From: an uncultured Bacilli bacterium
GTDB lineage: Bacteria > Bacillota_I > Bacilli_A > RF39 > UBA660
NCBI GenBank assembly: GCA_944363785.1
Contig: CALVVF010000001.1
Location: 70,176 to 134,175 of the forward strand
Reading direction: 5' to 3'
DNA: 64,000 bases
Shown here piece by piece: positions 31,070-40,845 of this stretch. The translations under genes and the position numbers were made by a program. A model generated the notes under the pieces. It ran no database searches, had not been told where the DNA came from, and worked only from the letters and a program-made list of their open reading frames with translations. Each line of letters begins with the position of its first letter. The stretch's first letter is position 1.

Positions 31070-32497
31070 TTATGATGTGATAACAGCTGTACCACCATTA
31101 CCCTCAGTATCTAAAGCATTTTGCATCCAACTCTGAGCTGTAGCATCTTTTACGATGACTTGGATAGTAGATGAAGTATTATCAAACATATCCGTATAAT
31201 TTTCCACTTTTGTAAAACTCGCATTTCTAAAGTTTAAATTCGTCAAGTTAATACATAAATAAAACATACTACTCATATCTGTCACTTGCGATGTATCAAA
31301 ATGACTGACATCTAAACTTGTTAAATTTTTACAACCAGAAAACATACCACTCATATCTGTTACTTGTGAGGTGTCAAAATGATTTACATTCAAATCCAGA
31401 TTAACTAAACTAATGCAACCCCAAAACATGATACCCATATCTGTTACCTGTGAAGTATCAAAATTTCTGACATCCAGACTTACCAAATTAATACAATAAC
31501 TAAACATTCCTCTCATATCAGTCACTTGTGAGGTGTCGAAATTACTTACATCCAAACTTGCTAAACTATAGCACTCAGCAAACATAGCATACATATCTCT
31601 CACTTGTGAGGTATCTACATATTCCATTCCTTCTATTGTTGTTAATTTAGAAAAGCTTTGAAATAAACTACTACCACTTGATAAATAGACTTTGTCTTCT
31701 CCTTGAATATATAAGGTATAAGTTGGATCAGTTTCTTCTTGATTGGATACTAAATAAGCCATACAACTGCTATCATTATTCATCGATACATCCCAACTTT
31801 CATAAGCACCAGCAAGCGGGCTTAGACTGTTTTGGAATACTACATTTGTAATCGAATCACTATATTGATAGAAAGTTTCAGTAGACTCTTCACTATTTCT
31901 TTCTCTTAAGACGCTTTTTCCTTCTGTTTCCTGTTTTTCTAAAGTATCTACCTACATCCTCATCGTAAGTTTTAGATCTTGGTCTTCATTTTGGGGATTA
32001 CCTGTTTCTTCTAACCATACTTTTAAAATGAAACTTTGCTTTTCTTGAGGTGCTAAAATCATATTCGTTTTAATAACGAATTCATCATCACCAGCTAAAT
32101 AACCAGAACTTGGAGAAAAACTACCTTCTTTAACAGGATCTTCTTCCGTATAATCACTGTCAGCTAAATATAATGCCCATTTCAAATTAGCTGAGGTAAC
32201 ATCCATTCCATTTTTCGTTAAGCTAATATCGATAAAACTAATATTATAATTGGCATCTAATGTACCTGTATTCTCTACAGTAAACTGATGAACAGAAGCC
32301 TTTTCTTCTGTCGTTGGAAACATTCCTTCTGTAGAAATATCTTGACCTGTTTGATAAGTTAGTTCTAATACACCACTTTGTACCACTTGTTCCTCTGACT
32401 GCCCTAAAGCTGTAAAATAAGCATAACTTACTCCTGTTACTACTAAAGCTAAACCAAATAGCATGATAATCAATAAAAAATATTTTTTCTGGCTCAT
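31070..32497 (-). pseudogene. DUF285-repeat surface protein gene interrupted by one in-frame TAG (at 31952-31954)
   Basis: ORFs 31952..32497 (signal peptide plus N-domain) and 31070..31783 (five-plus FDTSQVTDMxxMFxxCxxLxxLD repeats) share one frame. My hand translation of 31784-31951 shows no other stop and contains a WDVS repeat-like motif. Confidence 0.6.
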
Positions 32498-32635
32498 TCT
32501 TCCACTCCTATCCTATCTTCTATTCCCAGTATAGGTAATTTCATTTATGCTGTCAAGGAAAAAGATTGGATGAGTATTTCTAAATTTATCAATATTTTTC
32601 AAAACAAAAGAACACCAAAAAAGTGCTCTGATTTA

Positions 32636-32857
32636 CTATTGAATAATTTCCATGAATGTTCGAATTGTCTCTATCTTTTTTGTTAAATCATCAATTTTAT
32701 CACTCGGATTTAAGTGATAAGCAGCTTTCATTTCCTCTTCCATATCCTTAATCGCCTCAGGATGGCGATTCAATACTTTATACCATGCAGAATTATCTCT
32801 TAAATAACGATATAAATAAGGATTATTACGAATCTTAATTTGAGTTTGAATATTCAT
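32636..32857 (-). CDS. YlbE-like small protein (73 aa)
   Basis: NPYLYRYLRDNSAWYKVLNRHPE matches the YlbE-family pattern. Lies directly downstream of the ylbD-like gene. Confidence 0.5.
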   Translation of the reverse strand: MNIQTQIKIRNNPYLYRYLRDNSAWYKVLNRHPEAIKDMEEEMKAAYHLNPSDKIDDLTKKIETIRTFMEIIQ

Positions 32858-32858
32858 C

Positions 32859-33242
32859 CTAATCCTCTAAATGCTTGTATAAAGGACGTGCCTGATAATT
32901 ATTCTGCTTTTTTGAAGAAGTTAGATCTTGAACTAAAGCAACCGCTTTAGAAAGACCATCTACACCTTTACGAACTGTTTCTAAATCCATTTGTTTAACA
33001 AGATTAAATAAGTCTTTTAAGGAAGTATCTCCAACCGTATTAGCAGTTACCTTAGAAGACGATTCTTGAACAGAAGAGGTAGAAGTAGGAAAAGATTGAA
33101 AGTAGGTTTGCCAAACAGAATTGTTTTCGCCATACATATCGTATAATTCATAGAATTTTTGCCAGGTCATCTGATTACTATTTACATATCTAACTAATTC
33201 AGGATGACTTCTTACAAACATCTTAAAACTCTCTTTAGACAT
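32859..33242 (-). CDS. YlbD-like putative spore coat protein (127 aa)
   Basis: SKESFKMFVRSHPELVRYVNSNQMTWQKFYELYDMYGE matches the YlbD-family N-terminal pattern. AGGTGG RBS precedes ATG 33242. Confidence 0.55.
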   Translation of the reverse strand: MSKESFKMFVRSHPELVRYVNSNQMTWQKFYELYDMYGENNSVWQTYFQSFPTSTSSVQESSSKVTANTVGDTSLKDLFNLVKQMDLETVRKGVDGLSKAVALVQDLTSSKKQNNYQARPLYKHLED

Positions 33243-33465
33243 ATGACCACCTAATAAACTATATGTCAAATAGCTTATTTTGTTTCCGGTTTTTTAATCA
33301 ACTGTGGGGCTTTTTTTGTTCATAAGACAACAGTCTGGAATTCCCTAGCTCCCAATCGTTCTTCCATCTTCGCTAGGTTCTTATCATACTGTACGTTTCT
33401 CTACTTATCAATGAAATACCGAGCTTTTCATAACGAAAGAAAAAAAGAGATTACTCTCTTTTCGT

Positions 33466-36042
33466 CTATTCATCATCGTTTAAAAAGTCATCAATAGTCA
33501 TTAAACGGTCATCAATTTCTCTTAAAGAAATACGTTTAGGCTTTGTAGGAATACTCTCTTCTTCCTTTATAATAGTAGCTTCTTCAGTCTCTAAAGATAT
33601 TTCTTCTTGAACTTCATCTTTTCTCCTTAAACCGACAATTTTAAAACAATCATTTACATTTCCTTTTACTACTTGTGAACCAGTAGAATAACGATCCATA
33701 ATAGGGAAATCTACTGCTTTCAATAATTTAATAGCATTCGTTTTAACTCCTAATTGATCCTTACTCTTAATTGGTAATGTCTTCATTACATGATATGGAT
33801 TACTTTTTACTTCTCGCAATAACAACAATCCTCGTCGAGCTCGAGTAGATTTTTCAAATTCATTAAATCTTACCCGCTTTCCTGTTCCTTTCGTTGTCAT
33901 TACAAGTAAACCATCAAAATATTGAGGAGAAAAATTATTAACACTGACTACAAAGTCTTGTTTTAAAGTAATTGCTTTTACTCCACTTGTCTTTAATCCG
34001 ACAACTGGAATATCATCTATTCCAAACCATAAACCATAACTATCTGATGTAGCGATAAATATCTCACTATACTCAGCTACAAAAGCAGCAATCATTTTAT
34101 CCTTTTCTTTTAATTTCATACAAGAGATTGGTTTTGAATAACGAGATACTTGGAAATCAGCTAAACTAGTACGTTTAATCATTCCTTGTTCAGTCGCTAA
34201 ACAAATTGTCTTTTCCTTACTGAATTCATTAATGACTGGTATACTAGCAATAATTTCTTCATCTTCCTCTAACTTCACTAAGTTACTGACATGTTTACCT
34301 AAATCTTTCCATTTTAAATCCGGAATGGTATGAACAGGAATATATAAATAATTCCCTAATGAGGTAAATAATAATAGAGTATCTAATGTATTCATTTCAT
34401 ATAAACCAAGTACATAATCTAACTCTTTTAATTGTGTTTCTTCTTCTTTTGATGCTTGATAACTACGAAGACTAGTTCTTTTAACATAACCATCCTTAGT
34501 AATAGAGACAATAACATCTTCTTTAGGTATCATTACCGAAGTATCAATTTTAATCTCGGTGATTTCTTCTTTAATATCGGTCTTACGTGGCGTAGCATAT
34601 TCTTTTTTTACTTTACGAAGTTCATCTTTCATGACTTTCTTAAGAAGATTTTCATCCTGTAATACGGCTTCTAACCCCTCTACAATCTTGATTAAGTTAG
34701 CTAATTCTTCTTCTAATAATGTGACATCTGTATTCGTTAATTTATATAATTGTAAAGTGACAATTGCTTCTGCTTGAAGTACTGAAAAATCATATTTAGC
34801 TACTAAATTATCTTTAGCATCACTTTTATTTTTACTAGAACGAATCGTATGAATAACTTCATCTAAAATAGAAAGACATTTAATTAATCCTTCTACGATA
34901 TGAAGTCTAGCTTTCGCATGATCCAAATCGAACTTAGTACGCGCTAGAATAACTTCTTTTTGATGAAGTAGATAAGAGTCAATAATATCGAGTAATCCTA
35001 ATAATTTAGGGCGTCTGTGATCGATCGCAATCATATTATAGTTATAGGTAATTTGTAAATCGGTATTTTTTAATAAGTAATTTAAAATTAATTCACGATT
35101 AGCATCTTTTTTCAAATCAATCGCAATTCGTAAACCATCACGGTCTGATTCATCTCTGACTTCAGCTATACCCTCTATTTTTTTATCGATTCGAATTTCA
35201 TCTATTTTTCTAACTAATATCGCTTTATTTACTTCAAAAGGAATCTCAGTAACGACTAGGGTAACTTTACCATTTTTCTCTTCGAAAGTCGTTCTTGACT
35301 TAATGACAATTTTTCCTTTTCCGGTGGCAAAAGCACTACGAATTCCATTTAATCCTTCAACAATTCCACCTGTAGGAAAATCAGGTCCTTTTACAATTTC
35401 CATAATACTATCTAAAGTACAATTAGGACTATCGATTCTCTTGATAGTAGCATCGATAATTTCTCCTAAATTATGTGGAGGAATATTAGTAGCATATCCT
35501 GCAGAAATACCTGATGTTCCATTGACTAATAAATTAGGAAATCTAGCTGGTAAAACAGTCGGTTCTAATTCAGTATCATCAAAGTTAGGTGCCCAAGCTA
35601 CCGTATCTTTATCTAAATCACGAAGTAATTCATTACTGATCTTAGAAAGTCGTGCTTCGGTATAACGCATTGCAGCTGGACTATCTCCATCCATACTACC
35701 ATTATTTCCATGCATATCGATATAAGGTGTATTCTGTTTCCACCACTGACTCATTCTAACCATCGCATCATAAATACTAGAATCTCCATGAGGGTGATAA
35801 TTACCCATTACATTACCTACTGTTTTCGCACTCTTTCGATAAGGTTTATCATAAGTATTATGATCACGATACATTCCATATAGAATACGACGTTGTACTG
35901 GTTTTAATCCATCTCTAACATCAGGAATCGCTCTATCTTGAATAATGTATTTAGAGTATCTACCGAATCTTTCTCCCATGATTTCTTCTAATGTATATTC
36001 AAATATTTTCTCTGTGATCTCTTGTCCTGTCTTACTTTTCAT
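33466..36042 (-). CDS. parC: Type IIA topoisomerase A subunit, probably topoisomerase IV ParC
   Basis: 858 aa with an AAMRYTEARL-type catalytic Tyr region. No obvious GyrA-box QRRGGKG. Paired with the upstream B subunit and not near dnaA. Confidence 0.6.
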   Translation of the reverse strand: MKSKTGQEITEKIFEYTLEEIMGERFGRYSKYIIQDRAIPDVRDGLKPVQRRILYGMYRDHNTYDKPYRKSAKTVGNVMGNYHPHGDSSIYDAMVRMSQWWKQNTPYIDMHGNNGSMDGDSPAAMRYTEARLSKISNELLRDLDKDTVAWAPNFDDTELEPTVLPARFPNLLVNGTSGISAGYATNIPPHNLGEIIDATIKRIDSPNCTLDSIMEIVKGPDFPTGGIVEGLNGIRSAFATGKGKIVIKSRTTFEEKNGKVTLVVTEIPFEVNKAILVRKIDEIRIDKKIEGIAEVRDESDRDGLRIAIDLKKDANRELILNYLLKNTDLQITYNYNMIAIDHRRPKLLGLLDIIDSYLLHQKEVILARTKFDLDHAKARLHIVEGLIKCLSILDEVIHTIRSSKNKSDAKDNLVAKYDFSVLQAEAIVTLQLYKLTNTDVTLLEEELANLIKIVEGLEAVLQDENLLKKVMKDELRKVKKEYATPRKTDIKEEITEIKIDTSVMIPKEDVIVSITKDGYVKRTSLRSYQASKEEETQLKELDYVLGLYEMNTLDTLLLFTSLGNYLYIPVHTIPDLKWKDLGKHVSNLVKLEEDEEIIASIPVINEFSKEKTICLATEQGMIKRTSLADFQVSRYSKPISCMKLKEKDKMIAAFVAEYSEIFIATSDSYGLWFGIDDIPVVGLKTSGVKAITLKQDFVVSVNNFSPQYFDGLLVMTTKGTGKRVRFNEFEKSTRARRGLLLLREVKSNPYHVMKTLPIKSKDQLGVKTNAIKLLKAVDFPIMDRYSTGSQVVKGNVNDCFKIVGLRRKDEVQEEISLETEEATIIKEEESIPTKPKRISLREIDDRLMTIDDFLNDDE

Positions 36043-36051
36043 GACGTCCTC

Positions 36052-36528
36052 CTAACTAGTAATCATTCCGATATAATAATTATCAATATTTTGAATAATC
36101 TTTTTCATAATTAATTCTTCTTTTTTTTGAATATAAGGGAAAAAAGAAGTATATATTTCAGTTGAACATAAGTGAAATACCTGTTTAGTATAAAAAAGCT
36201 TAGTCGCTTGTAAATAAAGTTTATTGTCTAATACCGTGAAAAGAAAATCGTCTAGACGAACGATATTTCTAATTTCACGTAAATGATAGTATTTATCTTT
36301 AGTATAATCAAGAACTTCGTCGACAACTTGTAAGCGAGAGTATGCTTTTTGGTATTTTGAACCATTAAATGGAGAATTATCTTCTAGAAAACAAGCTATT
36401 TTCTCATAATCTTTCGTAACGAGAATATTCTCTAATTCTTCTCTTTTATGCTTTTTCCTCTTAATTAAATCATAACACAAAAGGCTATTTTGATAGATTT
36501 GATTAAAAGCTGTTTTCTTTGAAATCAT
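36052..36528 (-). CDS. Hypothetical protein between parE and parC (158 aa)
   Basis: ORF in the same orientation, 10-17 nt gaps on both sides. Confidence 0.4.
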   Translation of the reverse strand: MISKKTAFNQIYQNSLLCYDLIKRKKHKREELENILVTKDYEKIACFLEDNSPFNGSKYQKAYSRLQVVDEVLDYTKDKYYHLREIRNIVRLDDFLFTVLDNKLYLQATKLFYTKQVFHLCSTEIYTSFFPYIQKKEELIMKKIIQNIDNYYIGMITS

Positions 36529-36545
36529 ACTCCTCTTCCTCTTTT

Positions 36546-38456
36546 CTACTTTTTGGTAATTGTGTAGTCATCTTCTAATGAAAATTCGACGTTTTCTTCG
36601 ATCCAATCTTTTCTTGGTTCGACATTATCTCCCATTAAAACACTAACTCTTTTTTCGGCTAAAATAGCATCTTCGATCGTTACTCGGATCAAACTTCTTG
36701 TCTTTGGATTCATCGTTGTTTCGGCTAATTGATCCGCATTCATTTCACCTAATCCTTTGTAACGCTGGACTTCGCATTTTTTACCTGCTGTTTTTTCTTT
36801 CATTTCTTCCATGGTATACGCATACTGATGATCTTTACCATTTTTGATCAAGAATAATGGCGGAAGGGCAATATAAAGACGCCCTGCTTCGATTAATGGT
36901 TTCATATAACGATAGAAGAAAGTAAGTAATAAACATTGAATATGAGCACCATCGTCATCCGCATCGGTCATGATAATGACTTTGGCATATTCTGCTTCAT
37001 CAATATCGAAATTAGGAGCAACTCCCGCACCAATCGTATAAATCATCGTATTGATTTCTTCATTTTTTAAAATGTCTTCCATTTTGGCTTTTTCGGTATT
37101 AATTACTTTTCCACGTAATGGTAAAATCGCTTGAAAACAGCGATCACGGCCTTGTTTAGCAGACCCACCTGCAGAATCTCCCTCAACTAAGAAAAGTTCG
37201 TTTTTTGTCTTATCTCGTCCCTGAGCAGGAGAAAGTTTACCAGATAGGGCTCTTTCTTTAGGATTTTTAGTTTTTCCTTTACGTGCTTCTTCTCTTGCTT
37301 TACGAGCAGCTTCACGAGCAATTTTACTACGAAGTGACTTTTCGATAATATCCGTAGCGATCTTTTTATTTTCTTCTAAAAAGAACTGTAACTTTTCACT
37401 AACTAAGCTTTCTACTGCGGTTCTTGCTTGCGGAGTACCTAATTTTCCCTTTGTTTGCCCTTCAAATTGAAGTAGAGCTTCAGGTATTTTTAAAGAGATA
37501 ATCGCAGTTAATCCTTCTCGAACGTCACTACCTTCTAAAGCTTTATCTTTTCCTTTGATATAACCATTATTTTTGGCATAGTCGTTAAAAGCACGAGTAA
37601 GTGCCGTCTTAAATCCAACTTCATGACTACCACCATCTACGGTCTTTACATTATTAACGAAAGAAACGATATTTTCATTGTAAGTATCTGTATACTGCAT
37701 CGCAATATCAATTTCCATTTTATCTTTTGTTCCTTCAAAAGAAATCACGTTGTGCAAAACATTTTTTCCTTCATTTAAATAACGAACAAAAGCGATCAAT
37801 CCATCATCGTAATGATATTTTTCACACCGTCCATCTTCTTCATTAACTACTTCGATAGTAAGTCCTTTAATTAAGAAAGCAGACTCTTGCATCCGTTCAC
37901 AAATCGTCGTAAAAGAAAAATGAACATTCTGAAAAATCTCATCATCAGGAAGAAATCTTACTGTAGTACCTGTTCTAGCACTCATTCCAATTTGCTTTAA
38001 AGGAGTAACTTTTTTCCCTCCATCTTCAAAGCGAATAAACCACTCGTGCTTATCGTTTTTGATCGTTACTTCCATCCATTTAGACAAAGCATTAACGACA
38101 CTGGCACCGACACCATGCAAACCACCAGATACTTTGTAGCCACCTTCTTCAAATTTACCACCAGCATGTAAAACCGTATAGATAACTTCCGGTGCACTTT
38201 TTCCTGATGAGTGCATTCCCGTTGGAACTCCACGTCCATGATCTTCTACACTGATACTTTTATCTTTATGCAAAGTGATCTTGATATAATCTCCGTATCC
38301 GTTAATTGCTTCATCGATCGCATTATCAACAATTTCCCACACTAAATGATGAAGACCCCGTTTATCGGTAGAACCAATATACATACCAGGTCTTTTTCTC
38401 ACTGCCTCTAGTCCTTCTAATATTTTAATGGAATCTGCATCGTATTTTGCTGCCAT
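36546..38456 (-). CDS. parE: Type IIA topoisomerase B subunit, probably topoisomerase IV ParE
   Basis: GHKL ATPase and TOPRIM motifs (EGDSAGGSAKQGRDR). AAGGAGAG RBS precedes ATG 38456. The track start 38573 adds an implausible hydrophobic leader. Confidence 0.6.
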   Translation of the reverse strand: MAAKYDADSIKILEGLEAVRKRPGMYIGSTDKRGLHHLVWEIVDNAIDEAINGYGDYIKITLHKDKSISVEDHGRGVPTGMHSSGKSAPEVIYTVLHAGGKFEEGGYKVSGGLHGVGASVVNALSKWMEVTIKNDKHEWFIRFEDGGKKVTPLKQIGMSARTGTTVRFLPDDEIFQNVHFSFTTICERMQESAFLIKGLTIEVVNEEDGRCEKYHYDDGLIAFVRYLNEGKNVLHNVISFEGTKDKMEIDIAMQYTDTYNENIVSFVNNVKTVDGGSHEVGFKTALTRAFNDYAKNNGYIKGKDKALEGSDVREGLTAIISLKIPEALLQFEGQTKGKLGTPQARTAVESLVSEKLQFFLEENKKIATDIIEKSLRSKIAREAARKAREEARKGKTKNPKERALSGKLSPAQGRDKTKNELFLVEGDSAGGSAKQGRDRCFQAILPLRGKVINTEKAKMEDILKNEEINTMIYTIGAGVAPNFDIDEAEYAKVIIMTDADDDGAHIQCLLLTFFYRYMKPLIEAGRLYIALPPLFLIKNGKDHQYAYTMEEMKEKTAGKKCEVQRYKGLGEMNADQLAETTMNPKTRSLIRVTIEDAILAEKRVSVLMGDNVEPRKDWIEENVEFSLEDDYTITKK

Positions 38457-38666
38457 AGTTTCACTCTCCTTCCCCATTATAGCAAACTTCAAAACAAAAA
38501 AAAAGAAGCATGACACTATTTGACAGTGAAACTTTACTCTTCTTTTTACATTTATTATCAATTTTTTAGTCAAAACAAATGTTTATCCATTAAATTTTCT
38601 TTTTTGTCAACAAATATCTTCTTCTTTTTCAAATTTTTTCTATAATCACTCTATAAAACCACATTC

Positions 38667-38924
38667 CTACAAAGCACTTAACGTCTTTGGCCCAATACAA
38701 CCATCAATTTCAGCATCGTATTTTCCCCCACTTTTGGCATGCTTTTGAAATTCTGTTGTCCAGTTTTTTAAATAACCATCTCTACTAATCGATGAATTAA
38801 TTTTTTTTGTTTTAAATGCTTTTAAATAACCAGTAAGTACATCAGTAAATATAAATATTCCACACAATATAAATAATAGTTTTGGCTCATTCATAGCCAT
38901 AACATGTTTTATAAATTCTTCCAT
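38667..38924 (-). CDS. Chimeric small protein: holin-like TM segment fused to a PG_binding_1-like tail (85 aa)
   Basis: FILCGIFIFTDVLTGYLKAFKTKKINSSISRDGYLK resembles the TM1 region of the phage holin 4_1 family. The C-terminus GKYDAEIDGCIGPKTLSAL resembles the GxIDGxFGPxT peptidoglycan-binding repeat. Confidence 0.4.
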   Translation of the reverse strand: MEEFIKHVMAMNEPKLLFILCGIFIFTDVLTGYLKAFKTKKINSSISRDGYLKNWTTEFQKHAKSGGKYDAEIDGCIGPKTLSAL

Positions 38925-39112
38925 TCCTACCTCCCAACATCAATTATTAGAAAAAGAGTCCAATTAAAATTAGTTGAACCCTTTGCAATTTTACTAGAAG
39001 TTACAATAATTTTATTGAATTTTTAATAATATTAAGTTCTTACTATCAAACAAACTAAAGTATTGATAAATATATATAAGGACTATGTATCTCAATTGCA
39101 ATTTCTTAAATT

Positions 39113-39559
39113 CTATAAAATATTTTCTATTATGTATACAAGTTTTTCCCCTTCCATATATATTAGGTATAATGCTGAAAAATCATTTTTAGTTTTGACA
39201 TAATACTTATATTGTTTGTCAAAGTCAATTCTATTTATTGATTCAACCCCAATTCTATCTAACAACTCATTTATTTTATTTTCCAATCCAATATTTTTAT
39301 CGATTTCCCAAGTCATATCATTTAACTTTTTAATGCTTCTTGAAGAATTATACTTGACAATTGTATAAGAAATACCGTCGCCAATCAAACCAACCTTTGT
39401 CCTTTCATAATGTAAAATTTTAGTAGTGTATGGCAACTTAACATCCCAGTTTATATGTACCCCTACAATTGAATTCACAAATTTAGCATATAAGATGATT
39501 ATAATGAATAATATAAGTAAAATAAGCAAAACTTTCTTTATTTTTTTCTTCATATTCAT
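39113..39559 (-). CDS. RHS-toxin immunity-like protein (paralog of 40337..40816), 148 aa
   Basis: Internal start MNMKKKIKKVLLILLILF gives a signal/TM. Same architecture as the 40337..40816 product (INWHIYLPG vs HINWDVKLPY). Confidence 0.5.
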   Translation of the reverse strand: MNMKKKIKKVLLILLILFIIIILYAKFVNSIVGVHINWDVKLPYTTKILHYERTKVGLIGDGISYTIVKYNSSRSIKKLNDMTWEIDKNIGLENKINELLDRIGVESINRIDFDKQYKYYVKTKNDFSALYLIYMEGEKLVYIIENIL

Positions 39560-39880
39560 AGTCCCCACTATCTTTATCTTTGACAGATACTTTTGAAAAA
39601 TCTCCCTATACAAAATTATAGCATATACTAGATGAGTTAATATATCGAATAGTAGCGATTGTAATCTTGTTACTTTAATCAATTTTAATGTTCTAATGCC
39701 GTCCACATTGTATTGATAGCTAACAAATAAGTTCTTTACAGTATTACCATAACTATTTAAATTTCTGCCATTTATCCAGCTCATTTGAATATTATTTCCA
39801 ATTGTCAATAGATTACCGACAACATCATAGGTAATACTATTCCCATTAAAACTTACAAGTTGAATGTTAAAATTATTTTA
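39560..39880 (-). pseudogene. Orphan RHS/YD-repeat remnant (5-prime homology box) fused in-frame to the immunity-like gene
   Basis: The first ~46 codons (…ITYDVVGNLLTIGNNIQMSWINGRNLNSYGNTVKNLFVSYQYNVDGIRTLKL) are near-identical to 41641-41733. About 70 nt is identical at DNA level. No RHS core or toxin follows. Confidence 0.55.
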
Positions 39881-40199
39881 ATGCTCCATCTTTAGAATAA
39901 TATTTATTTAAAATTAATATTACTGTTTTAAGCATGTTTAAATAAATTTCCATATTTATTCCATTATCATTTTCTTTATTTTCGGAAATAAAATTCAATA
40001 TTTTTCTTTCTACTTTCGCATCTAAATCATATACTTCATTCGTTAGTCTTCTAGAATTATGTATAAATTGATAGCATAATCCATTATAGTAATCAAAGCA
40101 CATATCAAGCTGTAAATCATGTGTACCTACAGGATACTTAATTTCTACAAAAAATTTAATAAATTCCATTTCTAATTTTTTCATATAATTTTTTCGCAT
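39873..40199 (-). CDS. Hypothetical small cytoplasmic protein, possible orphan immunity protein (108 aa)
   Basis: Lies between the two RHS cassettes. No signal peptide. Confidence 0.35.
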   Translation of the reverse strand: MRKNYMKKLEMEFIKFFVEIKYPVGTHDLQLDMCFDYYNGLCYQFIHNSRRLTNEVYDLDAKVERKILNFISENKENDNGINMEIYLNMLKTVILILNKYYSKDGALK

Positions 40200-40336
40200 T
40201 CCTTTCTAGAATATTATTGCATAAGCAATATCATAAAATATCTACGGTATCTATTTAGATTAACAATACAAATATTGGTAGAATTCATAATCGCATTACA
40301 CTGTAAACTAGCTTTATTTTTATAATATTTACGAAT

Positions 40337-40816
40337 TTAATGAATAGCAGTAAAAGAATAAATTTTTTTATTTTCCATATCTAATATTAAGATAAGATAG
40401 GATTTGTTCTGATTTTTCTTTTTCATTAAATAATAGTTGTTGGTATTCAAAAGTTGCTTAACATCGATATTCTTATCATATGCCTCTTTTCCATCAATTC
40501 CTTTAAATTTTCCTAAGCCATTATAAAAATTCAGCAGATCATCTTGAATAGTACTCATATTTTCAAAAGAAATTGCTTCAAAATTATTTACCTCTTTTAT
40601 TTTTTTTAGAAAATGTGAGTCAGAGATTGTTAAAATCGATATGGTATCCCCATCTCTAAAAGAAGTATCATAGATAACTTTTTCTTCTTTCACACCGGGT
40701 AAATAGATATGCCAATTGATAAGAGCTTCGATTTGACAACCTTTTAATGTAAAAAAACAAAATCCCAAAAATATGGAAATTAGTATTATGATTACTATTA
40801 TAATTTGTCTTTTCAT
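40337..40816 (-). CDS. Immunity-like protein downstream of RHS toxin tip (159 aa)
   Basis: Signal/TM MKRQIIIVIIILISIFLGFCFF. Starts 30 nt downstream of the RHS C-terminal fragment. Paralogous to 39113..39559. Confidence 0.5.
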   Translation of the reverse strand: MKRQIIIVIIILISIFLGFCFFTLKGCQIEALINWHIYLPGVKEEKVIYDTSFRDGDTISILTISDSHFLKKIKEVNNFEAISFENMSTIQDDLLNFYNGLGKFKGIDGKEAYDKNIDVKQLLNTNNYYLMKKKNQNKSYLILILDMENKKIYSFTAIH

Positions 40817-40845
40817 GAGAAAAAAATCCTTTCAAACTTATCTTA

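Noticed and set aside
33466-38456. Calling the topoisomerase pair gyrB/gyrA
   Set aside because: No dnaA/dnaN/recF origin context and no GyrA-box motif seen. parE/parC is more likely, but the call is kept at moderate confidence.
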